Source: Acidobacteriota bacterium | GTDB taxonomy: Bacteria; Acidobacteriota; Terriglobia; 20CM-2-55-15 | NCBI GenBank assembly: GCA_022821145.1 | Contig: JAJEEE010000010.1 | Coordinates: 10,015 to 74,014, forward strand | DNA: 64,000 nucleotides | Direction: 5' to 3' | Shown: positions 31,942 through 41,673 of the stretch, in pieces | Layout: every line of letters begins with the position of its first letter | How positions within the stretch are numbered: the first letter of the stretch is position 1 | The notes under the pieces: generated by a model | The model's database searches: none | Told to the model about the DNA's origin: nothing | What the model saw: only the letters and a program-made list of their open reading frames with translations | Position numbers and translations under genes: made by a program

Positions 31942-33504
31942 ATGTTTCCAGCCCGAAACGGCAGGCGCGCGACAGCGCTCGGCGCCGCGCTGGTCCTGGC
32001 CGCATCGCTTCCCGTCATGGCGCAGGCCCCGGAAACGCGGCTCGCCGACGCCGCGCGCGACCTGGACGTTGCGACCGTCCGGTCGCGGATTGCCGAAGGC
32101 GCCGACGCCAACGCGTTCGGGACCGACGGCACGCCCGCCCTGCACTGGTTCGTGCGCGTCGACGACCTGGAGACGGCAAGCTTCCTGGTGGAGGCGGGCG
32201 CCGACGCGACGCAGGCCAACCGTTACGGCGTGACGCCGCTCTACCTGGCGGCCGCGAACGGAAACGCCGCGACGATGGAGATGCTCCTCGACGCGGGCGC
32301 CGATCCGAACGCGGTCGATCCCACCGGCGAGACCGTGCTGATGACGGCGGTCCGCGTCGGGAAGGTCGACGCGGTCCGGCTTCTGCTCGACCGCGGGGCC
32401 GCCCTCGATGCGCGGGATCCCACCTACGAGCAGACCGCCCTGATGTTCGCGGTGAGAGGCGGCCATACCGAGGTGGTGCAATTGCTGATCGATCGCGGCG
32501 CCGATCCCGGCGTGACGACGCGAGTGGGGAACCCGCCCCGCTGGGTCCTGCCCAATTCGGTGCCGGGGTTCTCCTTCGGCGTGGGTATCGTCCGCGGCGG
32601 TCTGCCCGAACGCGGCGTCCGCGATCCGATTCCGGGCGGGTTGTCGCCCCTGCACTACGCGGCGCGCGACAACCGCGTCCAGTCCGCGCGGATCCTGCTC
32701 GAGGCCGGCGCGGATATCGAGCAACGCGACCCCAACGACATCACGCCGCTGCTGATGGCGATCGGCAACAACCAACTGGAGACCGCGCGCTTCCTGATCG
32801 AGGCCGGCGCCGATGTCAACGTTTCGGACTGGTACGGGCGCACGCCGTTGTGGCAGGCCGTCGAGGTCCGCAACATGGACTTCGACAACGCGTCGCTCGT
32901 GAACGGCGTCGACCGCGAACCGGTGCTGGAGTTGATCCTCACGCTGCTCGAATCCGGCGCCGATCCCAACTCGCGGTCGCGCGAGGCCATGCCCATCCGC
33001 AAGCACATGCTGCGGATCACGGGCACGCTGGCGTGGGTGGATTTCGTCGGCCAGACGCCGTTCATCACCGCGTCGCTGTCGGGCGACCTGGACGTCATGC
33101 GCCTGTTGCTGGAACACGGCGCGGACCCCCATATCGCGACGGTCGAAGGCACGACGGCGCTGATGGCGGCGGCCGGCGTCAACTGGGTGGTCGACCAGAC
33201 CTCCGACGAAGGCCCGGAAGCGCTCCTGGAAGCCGTCAAGCTTTGCCATGAGCTCGGAATGGACCTGAACGCCGCGAACTCGATGGGGATCACGGCCGTG
33301 ATGGGCGCGGCCAACCGGGGCTCGAACGCCATCATCGAGTACCTGGTCGCCAACGGCGCGAGCCTGGACGCGGCGGACCAGCTGGGACGGACGCCCCTGG
33401 ACTGGGCCGGCGGCGTCTTCCTGGCCACGCACGCCGCGGTGCCCAAACCCGAATCGATGGCCTTGATCGAACGGCTCATGGCGGAGTCGACCGCCAATGA
33501 GTAG
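31942..33504 (+). CDS. Secreted ankyrin-repeat protein
   Basis: GGAGG RBS, signal peptide, about 10 G.T(P/A)L..A...G...LL..GAD repeats. Confidence 0.9.
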   Translation: MFPARNGRRATALGAALVLAASLPVMAQAPETRLADAARDLDVATVRSRIAEGADANAFGTDGTPALHWFVRVDDLETASFLVEAGADATQANRYGVTPLYLAAANGNAATMEMLLDAGADPNAVDPTGETVLMTAVRVGKVDAVRLLLDRGAALDARDPTYEQTALMFAVRGGHTEVVQLLIDRGADPGVTTRVGNPPRWVLPNSVPGFSFGVGIVRGGLPERGVRDPIPGGLSPLHYAARDNRVQSARILLEAGADIEQRDPNDITPLLMAIGNNQLETARFLIEAGADVNVSDWYGRTPLWQAVEVRNMDFDNASLVNGVDREPVLELILTLLESGADPNSRSREAMPIRKHMLRITGTLAWVDFVGQTPFITASLSGDLDVMRLLLEHGADPHIATVEGTTALMAAAGVNWVVDQTSDEGPEALLEAVKLCHELGMDLNAANSMGITAVMGAANRGSNAIIEYLVANGASLDAADQLGRTPLDWAGGVFLATHAAVPKPESMALIERLMAESTANE

Positions 33505-35737
33505 CCGCATCCCGATCCTTCTGCTCCTGGTCTGGACGGCGCCCGTCGCATGGGGCCAGTCCGACCGCGATTTGCTGGACACCTACTGTGTGGGGTGCCA
33601 CAACCCCGAGGTCGGCGCCGGCGGGCTGGCCTTCGACGCGTACGACGTCGAGAATGTCGGGGACCACGCCGAGGTCTGGGAAACCGTCGTGACGAAGCTC
33701 CGGACCGGGATGATGCCTCCCAGCGGCGCGCGCCGGCCGGAACGCGCCGTGCTCGACGGGTTCGCGGCCCGGCTCGAGGCGCGGCTCGATTCGGCCGCCG
33801 CCCAGGTTCCCGAGCCCGGGAACCCGGCCCTGCACCGCCTGAACCGGACCGAGTACGCCAACGCCGTGCGCGACCTGCTGGCATTGGACGTGGACGCCAC
33901 GCGGCTGCTGCCGGCCGACGACGCCGCCGAAGGGTTCGACAACATCGCCGACGTCCTGGGCGTCTCGCCCTCGCTGGTTCAGGGTTACGTGTCGGCGGCC
34001 ATGAAGCTGAGCCGGTTCGCGGTGGGCGACCTGACGTTGCCGCCGACGCGCACGACCTACACGGCCCCGGAGGGGTTCGAGCAGGATCGGCACATCGACG
34101 GATTGCCCCTGGGCACGCGGGGCGGCATGGTGATCGAGCACACCTTCCCGCTGGACGCCGAGTACGAGTTCACGGTGGGCGGCGGGCGGGGCGGTCCGCC
34201 GATCGACGTGACGATCGACGGACAACGGGTCGAAGCGCAGAACTTGCGCCGGTTCCGGATACCGGTCCAGGCCGGACCGCACCGGATCGGCGTCGCGCTC
34301 ATCGACCGCGTGCGCTCCGCCGGCGTCGACGGCATCTACTCGGTCTACACGGTCGGCGGCGCCGTCTCGAGCGTGTCCATCAACGGCCCCTTCGACGCCA
34401 CGGGCCGCGGCGACACGCCGAGCCGGCAACGGATCTTCGTGTGTTACCCGGCGAACGCGGAGGCGGAGGAACCCTGCGCCGAGGAGATCCTGGCCCGGTT
34501 GGCGCGGCGGGCCTTCCGCCGGCCGGTGTCCGCGGAGGAAACCGCGCAACTGATGCGGTTCTACCGGCAGGGACGGGACGCCGGCGGTTTTGAAGTCGGC
34601 ATCCAGCAGGCGCTGGCGCGCATCCTGGTCGCGCCGCGGTTCCTGTACCGGTTCGAGGAGGAACCGCCCGACGTGGCCCAGGGCGGGGTCTATTCGATCG
34701 GCGACTTCGAGCTCGCATCCCGGCTATCGTTCTTCCTGTGGAGCTCCATACCCGACGACGCGCTCCTGGACGCAGCCGCCCGAGGCACGCTCCACGAACC
34801 CGACGTGCTCGAAGCGCAGGTCCGCCGGATGCTGGCGGACCCCAAGTCGGATGCGCTCATCGACAACTTCGCCGGCCAGTGGCTCTATCTGCGGGAGCTG
34901 GCCAACGTCCAGCCCGAGTCCGACGTCTTCGACGAGAACCTGCGGCAGTCCTTCACGCGCGAAACCGAGTTGCTGTTCGAAACGATCCTGCGCGAGGAAC
35001 GGAGCATCCTCGACCTGCTGGCCGCGGACTTCACGTTCGTCGACCAGCGCCTGGCCGAGCACTACGGGATCCCGGACATCCGCGGCAGCTATTTCCGCCG
35101 GATCACGCGCGAGGACGACGACCCGCGCCGCGGGCTGATCGGACACGGAAGCATCCTGGCGGCCACGTCGGTCGCGAACCGGACGTCGCCGGTCAACCGC
35201 GGAAAGTGGATTCTCGAGAACATCCTGGGAACGCCCGCGCCGGAACCGCCGCCGGGCGTGGAGACGACCCTGGACCCCGATCCCGAAGCCGCCGCCCCGA
35301 CAACGCTGCGCGAACGGTTGGAGTCGCACCGGGCGAACCCGGTCTGCGCCTCCTGCCACCAGCTCATGGACCCGATCGGATTCGCCCTGGAGAACTTCGA
35401 CCTCGTCGGGGCATGGCGCGATTTCGAAGCCGGATCCCCGATCGACGCGACGGCCGTGATGGTGGATGGAACCGAGCTCGGCAATCCGTCGGACCTGCGC
35501 GAGGCGCTGTTGTCCCGGCCGGAGGCTTTCGTGACGTCGGCGACGCGCAAACTGATGACCTACGCGCTGGGACGCGCCGTCGACCATCACGACATGCCGG
35601 CCGTACGGTCCGTGGTCCGGGCGGCGGCCGACGACAACTACCGGCTGTCGTCGCTCATTTCCGGGATCGTCGAAAGCATGCCGTTCCGCATGCGAACGAA
35701 GGGAGCCCCGGAGGAACCCGGCGCCGAAGCGCCATGA
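33497..35737 (+). CDS. DUF1592/1587/1588/1595/1585 protein with two c-type heme motifs
   Basis: CVGCH, RLNRTEYANAVRDLL, LASRLSFFLWSSIPD, TSPVNRGKWILEN, CASCH, DPIGFALENFD. Confidence 0.9.
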   Translation: MSSRIPILLLLVWTAPVAWGQSDRDLLDTYCVGCHNPEVGAGGLAFDAYDVENVGDHAEVWETVVTKLRTGMMPPSGARRPERAVLDGFAARLEARLDSAAAQVPEPGNPALHRLNRTEYANAVRDLLALDVDATRLLPADDAAEGFDNIADVLGVSPSLVQGYVSAAMKLSRFAVGDLTLPPTRTTYTAPEGFEQDRHIDGLPLGTRGGMVIEHTFPLDAEYEFTVGGGRGGPPIDVTIDGQRVEAQNLRRFRIPVQAGPHRIGVALIDRVRSAGVDGIYSVYTVGGAVSSVSINGPFDATGRGDTPSRQRIFVCYPANAEAEEPCAEEILARLARRAFRRPVSAEETAQLMRFYRQGRDAGGFEVGIQQALARILVAPRFLYRFEEEPPDVAQGGVYSIGDFELASRLSFFLWSSIPDDALLDAAARGTLHEPDVLEAQVRRMLADPKSDALIDNFAGQWLYLRELANVQPESDVFDENLRQSFTRETELLFETILREERSILDLLAADFTFVDQRLAEHYGIPDIRGSYFRRITREDDDPRRGLIGHGSILAATSVANRTSPVNRGKWILENILGTPAPEPPPGVETTLDPDPEAAAPTTLRERLESHRANPVCASCHQLMDPIGFALENFDLVGAWRDFEAGSPIDATAVMVDGTELGNPSDLREALLSRPEAFVTSATRKLMTYALGRAVDHHDMPAVRSVVRAAADDNYRLSSLISGIVESMPFRMRTKGAPEEPGAEAP

Positions 35738-35805
35738 CTCGTATCGCTTTGTCGAAACCGCCAAATCCCTTAAGATAGGCGGCACGCATCGAGGAGGTCC
35801 GAACC

Positions 35806-37131
35806 ATGGCAGCATTCGTCGAGAAGAAGCATCTCTCACGCCGCACGTTCATGCGCGGCGCCGGCGTGGCCGTGGCCTTGCCGATGCTCGAGTCGATGGT
35901 GCCCGCCGCCACGCCGATGGGGCAGGCCGCCGCACCGAAGAACCGGCTCGGCGCGATCTATTTCCCCCACGGCGCGACGATGGCCAAGTGGACGCCGGCC
36001 GCCGACGGCGCCGGATTCGAGTTCTCCGAGATCCTGCAGCCCCTGGAACCGTTCCGCGACAGCGTCAACGTGATCAGCGATCTGCGGCATCCCATGGCGT
36101 ACGGCAGCGGGTCGGCGACGGCCAACCACAACCGGTCATCGGCCGTCTTTCTCAGCGGCGCCTTCGCCGAAACCGGACCGCAGGCCTACCTCGGCGTCAC
36201 GATGGACCAGGTGGCGGCCCGGCGCATCGGGCAGGAAACGCCGCTGCCCTCGGTGGAAATGTCGATCGAGGACAGCAGCCTGAGTTGCGGCGAGGGCATG
36301 AGCTGCGCCTACCGGAACACGATCTCCTGGCAGTCGGCCACTTCGCCGTTGCCGATGGAAAACAACCCGCAGGTCATCTTCGAGCGCCTCTTCGGCGACG
36401 GCAGCACCGAAGAACAACGCACGGCCCGCCGCCAGCAGTCCCTCAGCCTGCTGGACGACGTTCTGGGCGAAGTGAACGACCTCCGGGGCCGGCTCCCCGC
36501 GGCCGACAACCGCCGCCTGGACCAGTACCTGACCGACGTGCGCGAAATCGAGCGCCGGATCGAACGCGTGGGACAGCAGGTGTCCACCGGCATCGCGGTG
36601 CCCGACGCGCCGGTGGGCATTCCCCAGGACTTCGAAGAGCACATGCACTTGATGTTCGACCTGTGGGTTCTGGCGTGGCAGGCCGACATCACCCGCATCA
36701 CGACGCTGCTGATGTCGAAAGAACTCTCCAACGCGGTCTATCCGAACAGCGGCGTCCGCGATTCGTTCCACACGCTGTCGCACCACTCCCACAACCAGGA
36801 GAACAAGGACCGGTTCGCGGTCCTGAACAACTACCACGTCGGCGTCTTCACGTACCTGCTCGAGAAGCTGCGCGCGACGCCGGACGGCGACGGCGACCTG
36901 CTGCGGAACTCCATGGTGCTCTACGGCAGCGGGATCAGCGACGGCAACGAGCACAACCACGACCCGCTCCCGGTCATCCTGGCCGGCCGCGCCTCGGGCC
37001 GCCTCGAGACGGGACGCCACATGCGCAACCCGTCGGGAACGACCATGTCCAACCTGTTGCTGGCGATGCTGCACAAGCTGGGCATCGAAGAGGAAAGCTT
37101 CGGCGACAGCACCGAGGTGATGTCGATCTAG
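35806..37131 (+). CDS. DUF1552 protein (Tat-like signal)
   Basis: LSRRTFMRG, SCAYRNTISW, FERLFGDG, HTLSHH, GNEHNH. Confidence 0.9.
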   Translation: MAAFVEKKHLSRRTFMRGAGVAVALPMLESMVPAATPMGQAAAPKNRLGAIYFPHGATMAKWTPAADGAGFEFSEILQPLEPFRDSVNVISDLRHPMAYGSGSATANHNRSSAVFLSGAFAETGPQAYLGVTMDQVAARRIGQETPLPSVEMSIEDSSLSCGEGMSCAYRNTISWQSATSPLPMENNPQVIFERLFGDGSTEEQRTARRQQSLSLLDDVLGEVNDLRGRLPAADNRRLDQYLTDVREIERRIERVGQQVSTGIAVPDAPVGIPQDFEEHMHLMFDLWVLAWQADITRITTLLMSKELSNAVYPNSGVRDSFHTLSHHSHNQENKDRFAVLNNYHVGVFTYLLEKLRATPDGDGDLLRNSMVLYGSGISDGNEHNHDPLPVILAGRASGRLETGRHMRNPSGTTMSNLLLAMLHKLGIEEESFGDSTEVMSI

Positions 37132-37413
37132 GGCCCCGCCGTGACAGGCCGCGGCGCCCGATCGGCGACGCACTGCGGCCGGGCAGCATAGCCGGAGGCG
37201 CATGCCTGCCGGCCCGTCCACACTCCACGCGGCCTGTCGACCTCGCAGTCTACCCGTCTCGGTACGACATGCACCGCAACCCGAGGCGCCTTGCCGTAAC
37301 GGAGCCGTCCGTTTACCGCAAAGCCTGGCGGTTATGTCGGCGACTTGCCACGCGATGACGCAACGAGCGTGGCGAAGGGACCCTGCAGATTCGTTCCGTG
37401 ACATCGTTGACAG

Positions 37414-37430
37414 GTCGTCCGTTCATGGAC
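37414..37430 (+). repeat. 17-bp direct repeat, left copy
   Basis: gtcgtccgttcatggac; 16/17 identical to 41131-41147. Confidence 0.5.
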
Positions 37431-37620
37431 AAGAATCGGCGTAGGCGTGTCACGACCAACAACGACTCAAGGGAACGTGACGAACTGCTGGCGAAAGCCG
37501 TTCATGAGTTGACTCGGCAGTCCAGGGAGGCCGATCGCATTCCACTCACCAATGAGTTTCGCATGGCACGCGAAAAAGCAGTTGAAGGAATCCAGAGAAG
37601 GAACGTCAGGAGTACACGAA

Positions 37621-37830
37621 ATGGCGGACAGGAAACAGTTTGTGGGTGACATGTCCGTTGACCCCAGACTGCGAGCGTTGCTCGATTCGTCGGCAGAAGT
37701 CAACGTGACCGAGGAAGACTTGAGAGAACAGAGAATCAGTTTTGCTTTTGGGAACGCTCCGGTCGACGCGAAGGACATTACCAAAGAAAGCGTCCGGCTA
37801 GCCTCCAAGAATCTTCGCTTGCGACGCTAG
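37621..37830 (+). CDS. Small hypothetical protein (EQRISFAFGN motif), possible antitoxin-like protein
   Basis: AGGAG RBS; 69 aa; protein-like composition. Confidence 0.55.
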   Translation: MADRKQFVGDMSVDPRLRALLDSSAEVNVTEEDLREQRISFAFGNAPVDAKDITKESVRLASKNLRLRR

Positions 37831-38600
37831 ACGGACACCGCCAGTTCCGCGCTCCTCCATAAACTTTCTCCATGTCGATTCGCGAGAGAGAGCATCCCCA
37901 ACTCTACCTGTGCCGCCCATCGGATCGTGCGCCGTCATCTGGCGCGCGTTGTCGCGGTCGGCGAACTCGTCGAAGTACAACGTGCGAGTCAATTAGTCCG
38001 TCCCAAGAATTCGTCAGTTCCAAAAGAACAGGGAGGGTATCGGGACAACACAGTGTTTCCGGCGGCTTGATCGGAAACCAACCTAGCCCTATGAAATCCA
38101 GACCGACGTCATGAACCGACGAAAGACAGTGACATCTTTCGGAAAGCTGCGACGCGACCAATGCGAAAACGGACCGACGGCGTCAGCGAGGAGAAATCCT
38201 CCCTGTCGTGCTCCGCCGTCTCGGCAATCGACCAGATCCGCGCGGTGTCCTCTTCGGCGAAGAGTCTTCGAAACACGCGATCCCGTGAACACCTCCGAAA
38301 TCGATGGGAATACACTACCTAGGGCCGGCTGGACCCGGGCCGCGCCTGGATCGTCGCCAGTCCCGCCGTCGAAATCCCCAGCCCGCCGACAACGACAAAA
38401 AATCGATTTGAGTTTCGCACCTTCCGTCACCGAACCTCCCTCCGCTGCAGCGTCCCAATCGGCCCTCCGATACCGATTCTGGCATGGGCACCGCAGATAA
38501 AGTGCCCGGTTCCCGCTCCCATTCTCGAAACGTCCCAGGCATGCCGAATTCTCAGCGATGTCGGCATACAGTTCCGAATCTCGGAACACTCGGACGGCCG

Positions 38601-40355
38601 CTAGTGTGACCGGTCCCGCCGAATCGCCTCATAGAAGCTCTCTGAGTGAATCTTCGTAACCTTCGACAGAGCACGCCGAGCAGCAATGACGACATCACCG
38701 TGAAACTCGGAAAAGGCGAAGACTCGGACATTATAGCGAAAATGTGTATAGGCCTGAGTCCATTGACCGATTGGGAAGACCAGTGTCAACGGTATTCCGG
38801 TCTCTTCGTTAGTGCGCCTTACTACTAGTTCATTGACATCTTCGAAAGTAGGGGGTCTCGGGACATCGAGCCATACACCCGCCTTTACCAACGCCTCGTC
38901 GGCATTAGCCGCCATGCCGGCCCGCATATTCAGAAGTTCCTCCCCGATATTTCTCTGGACCTCGTCCACGATACGTTCCCGATTCGCCTTGTCCTGCAGA
39001 GCCGTCAAAAAATTGGTCACCAACGCCCTCTCCGCATGGCTCGGGACAGATCCGTTGATTCCATAGACTTCACGCGGCAAAACGCGATTGCGGATTCTAT
39101 AAAGATATTGCTGAAGAACCGCGTCCGTCGGTTCCGCCGCCAAGTCTCCGCCGATCGCCGCATCGCTCATGCCGAGAAAAAAAGTCACAATGTCATCGTC
39201 AGACGTGCCGTGGCGTTGCCACATGTCAACCTTACGCTCCAATGCCCTCTTCAGAAGACCTTCCGCCGCACGAACCTTTGGATGATGGTAGATGTAGCTG
39301 AACAACATCAACTTGCAGATGACAATCTGCTCAATCGCGTTCATACCCTCTTTTGGAAGTCTAAGCCGATACGTGTCGTAGAAAGGAAATGAATTTGACG
39401 AGTTCTTGGGAGAGCGGCTGACTGAGTGTCCGGCGGCGTTGTACAGCGCCTCAAGGCGATCTTCACCGTCCGCCAGCGTTTCCTTTTCGATCCGGATGGA
39501 ATAAAGATACCTTTCCAAGTCATATCGTAAGGGCAGTCCGGCGTTAGCGGCGTCTCGAAGAAGATAGTCGAGCTTGTCGGAATCGAATCCGGAGGAAACG
39601 ATGTCGGCGATGAATTGAAAGAAGGGGTGGTCGCTTCGTCCAACGAGAAATAGTGCCACCCGCACGAGATTGACCGGCCCTTCGTACTCCTTCGGTGTGC
39701 CAGACTTCAAACGCCTCGATTGAGCACTGCTCAACAGCCCTGTCACTCCGTCCGAAAGGGCAACACAGAACGAGATTACTTCGCCCGCTCCTTTGGACTT
39801 TCCGGTCAGACGTGACAGTTCAAGCGATGCCGCTTTGAGAGGCGACAACTTCTCGTACACTAATTCGGAAGTATGGCTAAACAGACTGTGGCCGACGTCG
39901 TGCAACAGTGCAGCGAGCCTCAGCTCTTGCTTGAGTTGAAGTATGCGGAGATCCGTGTCGCCGCCTACCGGAATGCTATTGAGAATCGTCTCGATCTCGC
40001 CGCGGGACCGAGTCAGCAAGGCGTCGAAGGTGCGGGAGGCAACGGTCATTACGCCGACACAATGCTCGAAGCGAGTATGACGAGCGGAAGGATACACGTG
40101 GTACGCCAAGCCGACTTGATGGATGTCGCGTAACCGTTGAAAGATTGGAGAGTCTATTAACACCAGTTCGCGCCAGCTGAGGGTATTCGTGCCCCATAGA
40201 TTGTCGTGTACTACTTTCGATGTCTTCACGGGAAGCACCGGGTGGACCGCTTCCGGGCCGAAGAATTCGGGATGTGCCGTCTCGAAGTACCGATCCACTA
40301 AACGCGAAATGTGCGCCAGAGCTGGAAGGTCCTTGAGAAACGCAGCGCGGTTCAT
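38601..40355 (-). CDS. SAMHD1/YdhJ-like HD-domain phosphohydrolase (putative dNTP triphosphohydrolase)
   Basis: HDNLWG, FQRLRDIHQVG, YPSARHTRFEH, LLHDVGH, DSDKLDYLLRD, YHHPKVRAAE; lower-GC codon usage. Confidence 0.9.
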   Translation of the reverse strand: MNRAAFLKDLPALAHISRLVDRYFETAHPEFFGPEAVHPVLPVKTSKVVHDNLWGTNTLSWRELVLIDSPIFQRLRDIHQVGLAYHVYPSARHTRFEHCVGVMTVASRTFDALLTRSRGEIETILNSIPVGGDTDLRILQLKQELRLAALLHDVGHSLFSHTSELVYEKLSPLKAASLELSRLTGKSKGAGEVISFCVALSDGVTGLLSSAQSRRLKSGTPKEYEGPVNLVRVALFLVGRSDHPFFQFIADIVSSGFDSDKLDYLLRDAANAGLPLRYDLERYLYSIRIEKETLADGEDRLEALYNAAGHSVSRSPKNSSNSFPFYDTYRLRLPKEGMNAIEQIVICKLMLFSYIYHHPKVRAAEGLLKRALERKVDMWQRHGTSDDDIVTFFLGMSDAAIGGDLAAEPTDAVLQQYLYRIRNRVLPREVYGINGSVPSHAERALVTNFLTALQDKANRERIVDEVQRNIGEELLNMRAGMAANADEALVKAGVWLDVPRPPTFEDVNELVVRRTNEETGIPLTLVFPIGQWTQAYTHFRYNVRVFAFSEFHGDVVIAARRALSKVTKIHSESFYEAIRRDRSH

Positions 40356-40366
40356 CGAAGGGGTTA

Positions 40367-40765
40367 TCACGCACCGGGGGAAAACTGTTGCTTGGCCAAC
40401 GAAACGGCTTCTTTCAGGAATCGTTTGGTGCCGTCGGGGAGGTCCTCGGTCTCTTGAGACCACAAGTCAGCGACAGCATTAGGGAGCGTTATCGTGTCGT
40501 AGTGGGGATTCGCGGCAGAAACGCTAGCATTCCAGTGCAGTGCTTGCAGGAAGTCCGTCAGTTCTTGACACTTTGGGTATGGACCATCCCAATTGAAACA
40601 GAGGTGAGCGAGAAATTCCGGCTTGCCCTGTGCGTCACGGCGCTTCAACTGGTAAAACAAGGCATGCCATGGCTCCTCGTCCTTGAAGGGCATAGCAACG
40701 CTCGCCTTCTGCATTGCGGCAGCGATCTGCTTTACCAATTCACCCAGAGACATTTCGAGATTCAT
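40367..40765 (-). CDS. Small protein with F.WDGPYP..EL motif (putative SocA/Panacea- or YwgA-like winged helix)
   Basis: GAGGAG RBS; stop 11 nt before the HD start; fold assignment by motif only. Confidence 0.65.
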   Translation of the reverse strand: MNLEMSLGELVKQIAAAMQKASVAMPFKDEEPWHALFYQLKRRDAQGKPEFLAHLCFNWDGPYPKCQELTDFLQALHWNASVSAANPHYDTITLPNAVADLWSQETEDLPDGTKRFLKEAVSLAKQQFSPGA

Positions 40766-41130
40766 GCGTGCTCCTCGTGCAAGCGTAGAGCAAGAACGAC
40801 GGTCCTGATCGTAAACCCGTGCCCGCCATCAACGCAAGAAAAACGGGAACTACAGCGCGTTGGGCCAAAGTACGTGCTAACAAAGTAGCATCCGACGGCG
40901 GCAGGCCAGGTAAGGTCCCAGCAGAGCGAGCCGGGGACACTCATCGCGTCGACAATAACACCGTCGGACGGCGGCGGGATTGCGGCGGGAAACGGCGCAG
41001 CACTGCGCTTCTTTCACCACCGCGGCGGTGTCCGGCTGAGTTGATCGAGGGGCATTGTCTGCATATCGATCGCGGAGCCGCGAACGGCCGATGTTGTTGT
41101 CGCAGAGAGTTCGGCGCATGAGGTTCGCCC

Positions 41131-41147
41131 GTCGGCCGTTCATGGAC
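41131..41147 (+). repeat. 17-bp direct repeat, right copy
   Basis: gtcggccgttcatggac; coincides with the start of the VWA remnant. Confidence 0.5.
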
Positions 41148-41558
41148 CACCAGGGCGGGACTTCCTCGCCGACATGTCAGCGCGAGGCAAGCATATCGCC
41201 GTTTTCGAGCGTTGCGAGGATGCGCTGACCGTGCTGGCCGCCTACACGGCTTTTCCGCCCGTCGTTCGCAACGCGCTCAAGGGCCTGCGCCCGTCGCACT
41301 CTCTGGCACTGGCAGAGAACGTGGAGTTCGGCGGGCTGGATTCGAATCACCGACTTGGACGGGGACTCGAACCTGCCGCCCGTCGTTCACGAGACCCGTC
41401 TCACGAACGCTGAATTCACAACGGCCCGGCGGTTGATGAGCGCGACCATCCCGCAAGCAGTCGAAATCGGCGGCGACGCCGGCCAACGCCGCCTAGCCGT
41501 GCATGATGCAGCGACGCGGGAGACCGGTTCGTTGTGGCTTCGCCGTGACGAAGAATGA
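41136..41558 (+). pseudogene. Collapsed VWA-domain gene remnant (5' missing, internal deletion, frameshifts)
   Basis: PFMDHQ..HIAVFE..LTVLA..RPSHSLAL..GGLD joined to SNLPPVVH..RLT..TGSLWL, matching the middle and C-terminus of the neighbours. Confidence 0.8.
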
Positions 41559-41594
41559 CCGAGCCGGGTCGAAGAAAATGGGCCGTGCGGCGGC

Positions 41595-41611
41595 CCGATG
41601 ATACGCTTCAG
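41595..41611 (+). promoter_or_regulatory. Conserved extended -10 element upstream of VWA copy 1
   Basis: ccgaTGaTACGCTtcag identical at 43413-43429. Confidence 0.5.
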
Positions 41612-41673
41612 TTGTCGGTTCGCGGCGACGTCAGCGAGGATCTGCGCCGGTACTGTCGCTCCGACAACGCTGT

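Noticed and set aside
35734-35778. 14-aa mini-ORF MTRIALSKPPNPLR between DUF1592 and DUF1552
   Set aside because: The ATGA overlap can arise by chance; no counterpart in module 2
40762-40944. 60-aa ORF overlapping the start of the GPY-motif gene as a third component
   Set aside because: No RBS or motif; it spans the probable promoter/RBS of the module
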